Assembly: GCF_030028105.1 (NCBI RefSeq)
Contig: NC_092376.1
Location: forward strand, 39,542,935 to 39,606,934
Direction of reading: 5' to 3'
From: Mobula birostris
Lineage: Eukaryota
DNA length: 64,000 nt
Positions 39,801 through 51,925 of the stretch are shown piece by piece; position 1 is the first letter of the stretch, and each line of letters begins with the position of its first letter. The notes beneath the pieces were generated by a model. That model was not told the origin of the DNA, made no database searches, and saw nothing but the letters and a program-made list of their open reading frames with translations. The translations under genes and the position numbers were made by a program.

Positions 39801-40406
39801 TCTATGTCATAGGGAGACATTATTTAAAATCAAACTACATCAACTGGTAAATTAATGTAATTAAATAGTTGCGGAATAAAAGACTGGTATCAGTATCGAC
39901 CAAAGAGCTGAATAGTTGCGAACCATCTGAGTTTTCTCCAATGCAAGTCAAAACATTTTCAGGTGTGTACAAAGGAAAACTTAACAGTTTTCTTCTCAAC
40001 AGAAGAAGTAACGAGTATCATAGCTGTGAGGTGTATGGGAAATAATCCGAGGGTTCATTGCTAGCCAAGCGAAACCATTGCTCGGAGATTGAACTGAAGG
40101 ATTGAGAGTCAAACACCTGGTATCCTGACAACAGCAAACAGCATCTACACAACACTGAGTAAACAGGTGACTGGCTTTCCCAACTCACAAGTAAGTAAAC
40201 AGTTGTGCATTTCGGTTATATGGACTTCTAATAACCGGACTTTGCAGCCTCATGTGCTGGGATTACCAATTACTACAAATTTTATAATGACACTAACAGC
40301 GGTGTCTTCGTGCTTGTGTATTATTGAAGTACCTGGTTATGGTGTAGGTCTCTAACTTCCCTGCGGCAGAACCTGGCCGCACTTTCTTTCCCAGTGGCAT
40401 GGTCGC

Positions 40407-40426
40407 TTCTCTCTCTCTCTCTCTCT
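40407..40426 (+). repeat. (TC)n microsatellite
   Basis: Visible directly. Confidence 0.9.
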
Positions 40427-40857
40427 GATAACTCAACTATGGTTGGAGAATGGACCACACACTCAGTGAAGAGAAGCCTGTATCCAGCCGAGTGATGTCC
40501 ACCTCTCGCTCGAACGCCTCCTGCGCGTAAGCGACGCGTAACCTTCCACCGCTCTCACCTGCGGCAGCACCGAGCCAAGAACATCTTAAAGCGACATTCC
40601 GCTCAACTAGAACGCTGCACATGTTGCATTATAAAAATCGGGAAACCGCCTAATAAACAGAGATTCTAAAAAGGTTAAATATGTTATTCTGGAATCTATG
40701 AAAATCATGTTATACCCTCTGATGTAGAACTGTGATTTCCTAACAATCTGTTCATGGTAGTAAATTGATCTCAGCCCCTCTTGCAGAATATCGACATTTG
40801 GTTTTAACTCACCGCTAATGTAAAAGCACAATTGAATTTTACGCTGCTGGTTAGTTA

Positions 40858-40871
40858 CTGCCCCCTAGTGG
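40858..40871 (-). promoter_or_regulatory. CTCF core motif
   Basis: The minus strand reads CCACTAGGGGGCAG, matching the consensus CCASYAGRKGGCRS. Confidence 0.6.
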
Positions 40872-41478
40872 GCTTATTCTGACGATTTGACAGAAACCAA
40901 TACTTGGAAGGTGGCCACAAATGCTTGGCCTGGACAGGATACCAAACGGGAGGTGCTTCAGGAGGATTTTGCCCTGCTGGAATTCTGCCTCATCTGGGCC
41001 TTGACAAGAATCCATCTGAAGCTAACTAAAACCACATAGTAAGGCAAGGTGAGGAGCTGCAGCTGTTTAAAAAGTTTATTAAAGAAAGCCTGGAGACCCA
41101 CACTCAATGTTTTAGAAACAGCTTCTTCCCTTCTGCCATTATATTTATGAATGGTCTTCTACTGCCAAAAAACAAATATTGCATCATGTCAGTGATAGTA
41201 AACCTGATTACACTTCTAATTCTTTTCATCCACAAATAACTTGAACATCACTTCCAATTATATCTATAAATAAAAGTCACATTTTCTTTCTTGAATACAT
41301 GCAAATATTGAACCCTTCTGAGAATACCAAATTTCTTCCATACCTACTGCCTATATGCTTCTAGATATCCCATCCAGGCTACATTTCAGAAAAAGCTCAA
41401 ATTAACAAACATTTTGTGTTCTGAATTAGGAGCAAAGAGATTTGGGCCCGTGAAAACAAGTCACTAAATACTATTGTA

Positions 41479-41679
41479 AACACAGGAGATTCTGCAGTTG
41501 CTGGACATCTTAAGCAGCGCACAGAACATTCTGGAAGAACTCAGCAAGTCAGGGGACGTCTATTGGAGGGGAATTTCGATATTTCGAGCCAGGACTTTCT
41601 CAGGATTGGAAATGAGGGGAACACAGCCAGAATAAGAAGATGGAGGGAGGGGAAGAAGTACAAGGAGTAGAGGGAATAC
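41479..41679 (-). mobile_element. Short Penelope 3'-end insertion
   Basis: Begins aacacaggagattctgcag; 12-bp TSD aatactattgta at 41467-41478 and 41680-41691. Confidence 0.75.
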
Positions 41680-41749
41680 AATACTATTGTAGAGGTACAG
41701 AGACTAAACAGAAATGTGACTGGAATGTGAAGCTACAGGGAAAATCATC

Positions 41750-43170
41750 CCTGTAGCAAAGAAATCAGTTGTAGCCTGTCTGAATGATTACCGACCCGTT
41801 GCCCTGACCCCCATAGTGATGAAATGTTTTGAATGGCTTGTCAAGCCTCATATCACAGCCAGCCTCCCCTCATTGCTGGATCCTCTACAGTTTGCTTATC
41901 GTCCAAATCGCTCTACGGAGGACGCAATATCTACCACACTGCACACAGTTCTCTCTCACTTGGACAACAAAGACACTTATGCCAGAATCCTGTACATTGA
42001 TTTCAGTTCAGCGTTCAATACCATCATCCCGCAGAGACTAGTGGAGAAACTGTCGCTGCTTGGCCTTAGCACTGCCATGTGTCGCTGGATTCTGGATTTC
42101 TTGACAGAGGGACCACAGTCAGTCCTTGTTGGCAGGAACATCTCTGACTCCATCACACTGAGCACTGGATCCCCACAAGGCTGTGTGCTTAGCCCATTGC
42201 TGTTTACACTGCTAACACATGACTGTGCAGCCAGATTCAAGGAGAACCTGATCATTAAATTTGCAGATGATGCCTCAGTGGTGGGGCTCATCAGCAAAAA
42301 TGATGAAACAATGTACAGGGAGGAGGTCAAACACCTAGAGAGCTGGTGCAGGGATAACAACTTGATGCTTAATGTCACCAAAACCAAGGAGATGATCGTC
42401 GACTTCAGATGGTCTCAGCCTGAGCACACACCCCTCAGCATCAGCGGCTCCACAGTGGAGAGAGTGGAAAATATCAAGTTCCTTGGGGTACAGATCTCGG
42501 ATAATTTCACCTGGTCCAGGAACACCACTGGGATTGTGAAACGGGCCCAGCAGAGATTGCACTTTCTGAGGTAGTTTAAACAAGCATCACTCCCCACTAA
42601 CATCTTAACTACATTCTACAGAGGCGTGGTTGAGAGTGTGCTGACCTTTTGCATCACAACCTGGTACTCCAGCTGCAGTGCTGTCAACAAAAAAGCCTTG
42701 CAGAGGGTGGTTAGTGGAGCAGAGAAGGTTATTGGGGTCTCCCTACCTTCTGTCCCCAAGACCTCTTTCAGAGTCGATGCCTCCAGAAGACACGGTACAT
42801 CATTAAAGACCCCTCACACCCTCTCCATGAACTGTTTGTTCTTCTGCCATCAGGCAAACGTTACAGGAGAATCAAAACTAAAACCACAAGGCTACTAAAC
42901 AGCTTCCTCCCACAGGCAGTCAGACTGCTAAATAGCTGCTCCACCTGACTCTGCTTTGGACACTTTTAACTTGCACTGGACACTTATAACTTGATTTTAA
43001 TGGACATGTGGCTGTCGTGCTTTACTATTTATTGTTACGTTTATTATTTAGTGTTGCATTTGTTATGTTATGGTTGCATTGCGGAACACTGTCTCATTCT
43101 GCCCTGCAGAGCTGATGTACGGTTAGAATGACAATAAAGTTTTTTTTGAATCTTTGAATTTTTGAATCTT
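41750..43170 (+). mobile_element. Rex1/Babar LINE RT, 5'-truncated, relatively young
   Basis: 252-aa ORF ([44 protein letters not shown]); AATAAA followed by a (TTGAATCT)-like tail. Confidence 0.95.
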
Positions 43171-43639
43171 TGAAAAGGAGTTGAGATAAATGTGAGGAAG
43201 TGATGTGACAGTGATATGCCACTGTAATCTGTTCCCATATAGATTACATTTGAAATTTACTGAATAAATCTTGACCTCAGATCTGAACCCTGAAGCGGCC
43301 CAGAGTATGCCCAAAGCCATCATATTAGCAGCCACGGTTCGTGGCAGCTGGGCCAGTCTTCGTAGCCTCAGCGCCAGAGAGAGAGAGGTGCGACCATCAC
43401 GGACAGCAAGCAAAATCTGCTCTCACCACAGATCCTGGCACACCATGATCACTTCCTATTAATAAGCTGTTTTTACACCACTTCCTGCGCTTTTGTATTC
43501 TGATTCGAAGCACACAGTGGAAAGACATTCATCTCCATCATCTCTTTACTTGCCTTGAAACAGCAGTATCTGTGAGCATTAAGTTTCTGGTAATATTGGT
43601 AAACATTTAGTGGATATATTTTGAAGGAAATGTTTTTTT

Positions 43640-44900
43640 TTGGAATTTATTTTTTATTGAATTTCATCATCAAATAAACATTTCCACAAGGTGTACATCA
43701 GATACTGTACATATATATCATATAATCATATTTGTCACAAATCTCCACATAATATTTATCTGAGGTATACACTTATAGAAAGGAGAGGAAAGAAAAAACA
43801 ATCGAAAGAAGAAAACTATGTGCAGAGTAGGGAGTGATTTTTTTTTACAACATTTTCATTGACTTGTGAGAATAAAGTCAGGCCTGTGAGGTGTTATGTA
43901 GTTAAACCATTTTTTCCAGTATGAATAAAATTGTTCCAACTTATGATTAACAGATGCTGTTATCTTCTCCATTTTGTAAATGTCCATTGTAATTTCCGTC
44001 CATACATTTAAAGTTGGGTTCTCCTGTGATAACCATTTCCTGGTAAGGGTCTTTTTACCAGCCACCAGCAGTACATTCATTAAATATTTATCTCTTTTCA
44101 ACCATTCTTGAGGTATATACCCAAAATATATGGTCTTACTCTCTAAGGGTATTCCACATTTAAAGATATCTTGTAGGGCAATATGTATCCCACTCCAATA
44201 GTCTTTGTGGGCACGTGGCCAAATGGTTAAGGCATTGGACCTAGCGACATGGAAGTCGTGAGCTTGAGCCCCAGCCGAGGCAACGTGTTGTGTCCTTGAG
44301 CAAGGCACTTAATCACACATTGCTCTGCGACGACACTGGTGCCAAGCTGTATGGGTCCTAATGCCCTTCCCTTGGACAACATTGGTGTCGTGGAGAGGGG
44401 AGACTTGCAGCATAGGCAACTGCTGATCTTCCATACAACCTTGCCCAGGCCTGCGTCCTGGAGAGTGAAGACTTTCCAGGAGCAGATCCATGGTCTCGCA
44501 AGACTAACGGATGATAACGGGGCATTCCCAGAAAATATGATAATGGTTTGCATTTTGATTTCCACAATTTCTCCAGCAAACAGGGGGGTTACTATCATAA
44601 TGGGATTTCTGAGAGGGTGTAATAAAATATCTTATCAAGTTCTTCCACCTGAACTCCCTCCATTTCTGTGAACTGGTACACTTTCATTGATACCTCTATA
44701 TTATTGTCCACTCTTCCACAGATATTATTATCCCTCCTTCCTTCTCCCATTTTGTTTTAATGTATGAAGTCAAATGTGTTTTAAGATTTGACAAACCCTT
44801 ATACACGCTTGAAATTATCCTACTACCGTTGCCTGAATTATATGCTTTTCTAAATAGCTTTATCAGACATGTACTTGCCTTGGTTACATTTTACCATCCT
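43640..44900 (-). mobile_element. L1 LINE 3' end
   Basis: HIFWECPVI/KDYWSGIH..KKTLTRKWL..KKWFNYI; A-rich tail near 43640. Confidence 0.85.
44207..44512 (+). mobile_element. tRNA-derived SINE nested in L1
   Basis: Homologous to 998-1298; it splits the L1 frame between CPVI and KDYW. Confidence 0.9.
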
Positions 44901-45017
44901 ATTAATGAAGGAAATGTTATGCTGGTTTATCTTTGCGTTTACTCTTGTTTACACTGTATAGCTATATTGTTTTACGTACAATTACTAGATTGGCTAACAT
45001 CTGTTGTGAGAAATATT

Positions 45018-45058
45018 GACAGTATTGGGTATTAAGACAGTATTGGGTATTAAGACAG
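45018..45058 (+). repeat. 18-bp tandem duplication
   Basis: (gacagtattgggtattaa)x2 followed by gacag. Confidence 0.9.
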
Positions 45059-48000
45059 GTGTGCGATGACCCTGTATTGAATTAAACACATATTTTACTT
45101 TACTCTTTGCAGTTATACAGAAAAAAGAAATCTTGTTAATAGCCTTGAAAGAAAGTTTCCATTTTGGATGATTTTTGAGAAGATGTTTAGCTCACAGCAT
45201 AGCTGTGTCCATACACACAGTGAGGGCAGTAGAATTTATCAATACGTATTACCAAAAACTTCATGCTCATTTCAAAGGCAATGCCCAGACTGGAGATGCA
45301 TCTGACGCTGTAGACCTTCAACTCAAGCAACATCAGTTATCAAGAACTGGAGGTCAGGTTATAATGTGGCTCATCTACAATGTCTTTACGACAGTCAAGC
45401 AAAACCACAACTAGCATAGCTGCAGCATGAGCTCACGTAAAAGCTGAAGTGGCAAGAAAGAGTGCTGTGTATGCTAACTGTGTAATAAAGATGGAAAAAG
45501 CACGTATAGAACTGAGAGGGCACTTATAGAGGCTACTTTAAGTGCAATCTAAAAAGATTGTGAAGCTGGGGCTGCCTTAGCAGAGGCAAACATGTATGAA
45601 GTTACAGCTGACTTAGACAGTTGTGAATCTATAAGCAGAACCAGTCATACTTCGTCATCACACAGTCACTGCATCTTGTTAAATAATACAGTATGTCCAA
45701 AGCAATTTGACTATAAAAATTACAGTGCTTCAGCTCTGCAAGGAGAAGCTATCCACACCACTCAGCCAACACACCTTTCATAGAGTCCAGGTATTGGCAG
45801 TCAAGGTCTACAGCAGCAAAGACCCACAACACGCCTTTTTGCAGTTCGACCACAGTTCAGTTAAGAGTTGCTACTGAGAAGTGATGTAGGTGTGAAGAAT
45901 TAGACAAGATAGAGTCAGAGAAACTTTGCTCTGCCAAAATAAAAAAAATAAATTATTAATACTCCCATAAAGGAAAATTCCTTTCAGCATCCATCCTGTT
46001 AATCTCCTAAGTTTGAAAAAGATCACTTCTCTTTTTCCTGAACTTCAAAGACTGTAAGCCCAACCTGCTCAGCTCCTCTTCATCCATTAATTCATTCTTC
46101 CCAATAATCAACCTAATCAATCTTTTCAATACTAGCTCCAATGTGAGTCCATCATTGAAAATGGAGACCACACTATATGAACAACCTTAGGAGCAAGTTT
46201 TCAATGCACTGTAAAAATATGTCAAAGCATCTCTACTTCCATCCTTCATATTCCTTGCAATAAAGGATAACTTTCCATTAGCCTTTTTAATTACAGAGCT
46301 AACATTTCAGCTTAACAGTCTTTCATTGTTTCTCGGAAAAGTTGGAGATTAAAAAACAATTACAAGAAAATGTTATGGGCTTGGGCGATAACAGCCATGG
46401 GCGACATGTATCTAATAAACTATTTCTTGCTCATTCTTTATCTGCAAGTGTATAGTTTGGGCACTGAGAATGGCTCCAGGTGCTGTGTTTTGTTCTGTGT
46501 GCAAGATGTGGGAATTCTGAAAGAACTGCAGCCTCCCGGATAACCATATCTGCACCAGCTACACTAAGCTGTAGCTCCTCAGAGAACAGGTTACTGGAGC
46601 TGCAGCTTGATGGCCTTCAGCTCATTAGGGAAGCTGAGAAGATGGTAGATGGGAGCTACAGGGAGGTAGTCACCCCTAGGTTGCAAGAGGCAGGTGAATG
46701 GGTGACTGCAGGAGAGGGAAGGGAAATAGGCAGCCGGTACAGGGTACCCCTGTGGCCATTCCTCTCAATAACAAGTATACCATTTTGAAGACTGTTTGGG
46801 TGTGGTGGTGGGGGGGGGGGGGGATGGTGGGAAATGACTTACTAATGGGGAGCCACAGGGACCGGGTCTCTGAAACTGAGATGGGAACTTTGGCTCAGAA
46901 GGGAAGGGGGCAGAGAAGGAAGGCACTGGTGTTAGGAGATTCCATACTTAGTGGAGTAGATAGGAGAATCTATGGATGTGACCGAGAGACTAAGAGTTTC
47001 CAATTTATTGAGACTCTTCTGGTGAAGCTATGATCTGAACAAAAGGGATGGACTAGATCTGAACCTGAGGGGGACCAACATCCTTGTGGCCATGTTTGCT
47101 GGAGCTGTTGGGGAGGGTTTGAACTAATTTGGCAGGTGGATGGGAACCGGAGTGAGAGGGCCAAGGATAGGGATGTTGGTTTACAAGCAGAGGTAGTGTA
47201 TAGTGAGACTGTGAGGAAGGATAGACAGATGATTGGGAAAAATTGCAGTCAGTTGGATGGGTTGCAGTGTAAAAGGGGGACAACATTTAAAAAGGTGACA
47301 AATACAAGGAAACAGTATATGAAAAAGAGTAGATGATCTTGTTGTGCTGTTAGAGATTGCCAGGTATGACATCGTGGCTATCAAGGAGTCATGGCTGAAA
47401 GATGATTGTAATTGGGAGCTTATTATCCAAGGATACACAATCTATCAAAAGGACAAGCAGGTAAGCAGAGGAGGAGGGGTGGCACTGCTGGTAAAAAATA
47501 AAATCAAATCTTTAGAAAGAGGTGGCATAGGATCGGAAGTTGCAGAATCCATGTGTGTAGAGTTAGGAAACTGCAAGGGTAAAAAGACCCTGATGGGAGG
47601 TACTTACAGGCCTCCAAACAGAAGCCAGGATGTGGCTACAAATTACAGTGGGAGATAGAAAACGTGTCAAAAAGGCAATGTTGAGTTAGTCATGGGGATT
47701 TCAATACGCAGATAAATTGGGAAAATTAAGCTGATGCTGGATCCCAAGAGAGAAAATCTGTGGAATGCCCCCGAGCTGGCAATTTGGAGCAGCTTGTGGT
47801 TAATCCCACTAGGGAATCAGCATTTCTGGATTGGGTGTTGTGTAATTAACTGGATATGATTAGAGAGTTTAAGGTAAAGGCAACTGTAGGAAATAGTGAT
47901 CATGATATAATTGAATTCACCCTGCAATTTGAGAGAGAGAAGATAAAGTCGGATGTAACAGTATTACAGAGGAGTAATGGGAATTACAGAGACATGATGG

Positions 48001-49092
48001 AGGAGCTGGCTAAATTTGATTGGAAGGGGTCACTAGCAGGGATGATGGCAGAGCAGCAATGGCTGGAGTTTCTGGATGCAATTTGGAAGGTGCACCATAG
48101 ATACACCCCAAAGAAGAGGAAGTATTGTAAAAGCAGAATGACACAACTGTGGCTGACAAGGAAAATCAAAGCCAACATAAAAATCAAAGAGAGGGCCTAT
48201 AATAGAACAAATATTATTGGGAAAAGTTTAAGGAAAATGTATTATCATGTCACCACATACAACCCTGAGATTCTTTTTCTGTGGGGATATTTAGCAAATC
48301 TATAGAACAGTAACTGTAAACAGGATCAGTGGACAACAAACTGTGCAACTGTAGATGATTAGGACTGGGATTGGGAATTTTTTAAAAACCAACAGAAAGT
48401 AACTTAAAAAAAAACCATAAGGGAGAAATGATGAAATATGAAGGTAAGCTAGCTAACAATATCAAAAATAATACCAAAAGGTTTTTTAGATATATAAAGA
48501 CTGAAAGAGAGACAAGATTAGATATTGGACTACTGCAAAATGATGCTGCACAGATTGTAACTGTGAACAAGGAAACTGTGGGTGAACTGAATAAATATTT
48601 TGCATTAGTCTTCACCGTGGAAGGCACCAGCATTATACTGAAAGTTCTCCCAGCTACTCAAATAGAGCAAAAATTAATGACTTAGATAAAAGACTCCACT
48701 GAAATTTAAATTTTAATTGATAAAGGAATATCTTGACTAAGCTCTATCAGCAATCACCTTTTGTCGAAACTAAAAGGTGTGAAAAGTCAGCAGACTTTTG
48801 AAAAGTGTGGAGAACTTAACAACTTTATCTTTAGGGCAGAAGTGGGTGCAGTTGCTATTACTAGAGAGATGTTGCTTGGGAAACTGAAAGATCTGAAGGT
48901 AGATCAGTCACCTAGACCCGATGGACTAATCCCCAGGGATCTAAAAGAGGTAGCTGAAGAGATTGTGCAAGCATTAGTTTTTATATTTCAAGAATCAATA
49001 GATTCTGGCATGGTTCCAGAGGACTGGAAAATTGCAAATGTCACTCCACTCTTCAAGAAGGGAGGGAGGCAAAAAAAGGAAATTATATACCA

Positions 49093-49582
49093 AACAATAG
49101 GAATTCTGCAGATGCTGTAAATGTTGGAGGAACAACACCTTATATTCCGTCTGGGTAGCCTCCAACCTGATGGCATGAACATTGACTTCTCTAACTTCCG
49201 CTAATGCCTCACCTTCCCCTCGTACCCCATCTGTTACTTATTTTTATACACACATTCTTTCTCTCACTGTCCTTTTTCTCCCTCTGTCCCTCTGAATATA
49301 GCACTTGCCCATCCTCTGGGTTCCCCCCCCTTGTCTTTCTTCCCAGACCTCCTGTCCCATGATCCCCTCGTATCCCTTTTGCCAATCACCTGTCCAGCTC
49401 TTGGCTCCATCCCTCCCCCTCCTGTCTTCTCCTATCATTTTGGATCTCCCCCCCCCCTCCAACTTTCAAATCCCTTACTCACTCTTCCTTCAGTTAGTCC
49501 TGATGAAGGGTCTCGGCCTGAAACATCGACTGCACCTCTTCCTAGAGATGCTGCCTGGCCTGCTGCGTTCACCAGCAACTTT
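49093..49582 (+). mobile_element. Penelope 3' fragment inserted into the CR1 RT
   Basis: LEEQHLIFRLGSLQPDGMNIDFSNFR*; perfect 14-bp TSD gaaattatatacca at 49079-49092 and 49583-49596. Confidence 0.9.
49496..49531 (+). ncRNA. Minimal type I hammerhead ribozyme motif
   Basis: AGTC-CTGATGA-AGGGTCTCGGCCT-GAAA-CATC-GACT; both core boxes intact; AGTC/GACT form stem I. Confidence 0.7.
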
Positions 49583-51003
49583 GAAATTATATACCAGTTA
49601 GCCTGACTACAGTGGTTGGGAAGATGTTGGAGTCGATTGTTAAGAATGTGGTTTCAGGGTACTTGCAGGCGCATGACAAAATAGGCCAACATCAACATGG
49701 TTTCCTCAAGGGAAAATCTTGCCTGAAAAATCTGTTGCAGTCCTTTGAAGAAATAACAAGCAGAATAGACAAAGGAGAATCAGTGGATATTATGCACTTG
49801 GACTTTCAGAAGGCCTTTGACAAGATGCCGCGCATGAGGCTGCTAAATAAGATGAGAGCCCATGGTATTATAGGAAGGATACTAACATTGGCTGATTGGA
49901 AGGAGGTAAAGAGTGGGAATAAAAGGATTGGATTGGCTACCAGTGACTAGTGCTGTTCCACAGGGGTCTGTGTTGGGACTGCTTCTTTTTGCATTGTGTG
50001 TCAATGATTTGGATAATGAAATTGATGGCTTTGCGGATGATATGAAGATAGGTGGAGGGGCAGGTAGTTTTGAGGAAGCAGAGAGGTGACAAATGGAATA
50101 CAGAGCCCAGAAATGTATGGTCATGCATTTTGGTAGAAGGAATAAAGCAGAAAATTTAAAAATCCAAGGTTTCTTTTGCCAGAGGATGGGGAAACTGTGG
50201 AATTCATTGCCACAGGTGGCTGTGGAGGCCAGGTCACTGGGGGAGAGAATAGCCAGGAAGATCCATTACCGCATGGAGACTGAGAGGACAGAAGGACACT
50301 ATATTTTTGGGTAAAGACTGGTGATACAAAGGTAAGTCAAGGAGAGATCTAGATGAGAGTAGACAATTGAGAGCTGAAAAAACAGAAGAGAAGGAAGAAG
50401 ATAAAAGAATGCTGGAAATGCAAAATGAAAAGTTGAAGACAGTGATTGATTTTAAGTCCTGAAAACATTTTTCTTCATCTCCTCTTTAATTCTTCATTTA
50501 CTATTTACTCTGTGCCCTCTAGATTTAGTTGCTCAGAACAGGAAAACAGATCTTTCATGTTTAATCATTCTTCCCTCCCTCCTTATCATTTTATATATCT
50601 CATTATTTTAATATATTCATTCAAAGGACATGAGCTTTGCAGGCTAAGCCTCTGGTAGTCCCAAAAAGAACTCAGCCTCCACAGAAAAGAGGTTTTCTCA
50701 TTTTCCCTCTTAACAAAGAGTTCCCATTTCTGGCAATATCTTCATAAATCTTCCCTGCACCCTTTTCAGTGTAAGCATGTCCTGCCCGTATGCTGGTAAT
50801 TAGATTTGCAAACATTCTATACTTCCCCTGCATTGCCAGTTAAAAGTTATTTCTTTTTCATTCTCATTAATATCTAATTAGAACCTAATATTAGTTAATA
50901 TTTCCAAAACAAATAATGAAAATTAAGCATTTGCATTTATATAAACATAACTTAGTTCAATTTTATCTCATGAAGAAATCGATGAGAGATGACGAATATG
51001 ACC

Positions 51004-51072
51004 CTCAGAACAAGAAAATAAGTCTTTCATATTTAATCATTGATGATATCTTAACAGAAAATTTTGTAAATA
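51004..51072 (+). repeat. 69-bp exact direct repeat, copy 1
   Basis: Identical to 52463-52531. Confidence 0.95.
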
Positions 51073-51417
51073 CAGCACTTATCTGAAGTAGAGAAAATGA
51101 ATAATTTATTATTAATTTCTGCAGTGGGTAAGTTTTGGCTTCTTGGTTTCTTTGGCATTAACTAGCTTTTCAGTATTTCAATTATATATTTCTCTTTTGC
51201 ATAGTCATTACTGAAATGATATAGGACGTGTCAATAAAGAAGCAAAGGAGAGGTGTGAGATTACACAGGCCACAGATTACAACTGTGTTGGTTATTGACG
51301 CAAATGATGCATTCTATGTTTTGCAGTATATGTGAGAAATCTACCTGAGCTCTTCTACAAATATTTCCAGACAAAATTAGTAGTGACTGATTATCCTTCT
51401 TAAGTGCAGATCTGCAT

Positions 51418-51925
51418 ACACGAGGAAATTTGCAGATGCTGGATATTCCATCTGGGTAGCCTCCAACCTGATGGCATAAACATTGACTTCCCTAACTTTC
51501 GTTAATGCCCCTCCTTCCCTTCGTACCCCATCCCTTATTTATTTATTTATTCCCCCCCCCCCTTTTCTCTCTCTCTCTCTCTTTTCTCTCTCTGTCCTTC
51601 TCACAATCACTCCTGGCCTGCTCTTCATCTTCCTCTGGTGCTCCCCTCCCCTTTCTTTCTCCCTAGGCCTCCCGTCCCATGGTCCTCTCCCTTCTCCAGC
51701 CTTGTATCCCTTTTGCCAATCAACTTTCCAGCTCTTAGCTCCATCCCTCTCTCTCCTATCTTCTCCTATCATTTCAGATCTCCCCCTCCCCCTCCCACTT
51801 TCAAATCTGTTACTATCTCTTCTTTCAGTTAGTCCTGACGAAGGGTCTCGGCCCGAAAGGTTGACTGTACTTCTTCCTATAGATGCTGCCTGGCCTGCTG
51901 CATTCCACCAGCATTTTGTGTGTGT
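51418..51925 (+). mobile_element. Penelope 3' fragment
   Basis: Same family as 49093-49582; 13-bp TSD tgcagat(c/t)tgcat at 51405-51417 and 51926-51938. Confidence 0.9.
51831..51866 (+). ncRNA. Minimal type I hammerhead ribozyme motif
   Basis: AGTC-CTGACGA-AGGGTCTCGGCCC-GAAA-GGTT-GACT. Confidence 0.7.

Larger units (their letters stand above)
3212..40559 (-). pseudogene. Multi-exon pseudogene encoding SFI1-like Trp repeats; tentatively C1orf167-like
   Basis: Chain of non-repeat islands bounded by pyrimidine-tract AG acceptors and GT donors on the minus strand, with mostly compatible phases and many in-frame stops (exons listed separately). Identity rests on recalled motif resemblance only. 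The gene may continue beyond 3212. Confidence 0.65.
40340..40900 (-). promoter_or_regulatory. CpG-rich putative promoter and first exon of the pseudogene
   Basis: Non-repeat, CpG-dense patch (e.g. ctgcgcgtaagcgacgcgta) in a CpG-poor window; strong minus-strand donor CAG|gtgaga at 40559/40558. Confidence 0.55.
46460..50240 (+). mobile_element. Near full-length degraded CR1 (ORF1 with zinc-finger/coiled coil and GDS esterase remnant; ORF2 APE plus RT)
   Basis: LLELQLDGLQLIREAE; ALVLGDSIL; YDIVAIKESWL..GTYRPPN; QHGFLKGKSCL..LDFQKAFDK. Interrupted by several inserts. Confidence 0.9.

Noticed and set aside
40110-40135. RFX X-box-like GTATCCTGACAAC near the putative promoter
   Set aside because: Too degenerate to distinguish from chance without a PWM scan or conservation data.
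51040-51087. Possible C/D-box snoRNA (TGATGA...CTGA) overlapping the 69-bp repeat
   Set aside because: Only ~46 nt between the boxes, no terminal stem, and the second copy lacks the D box.
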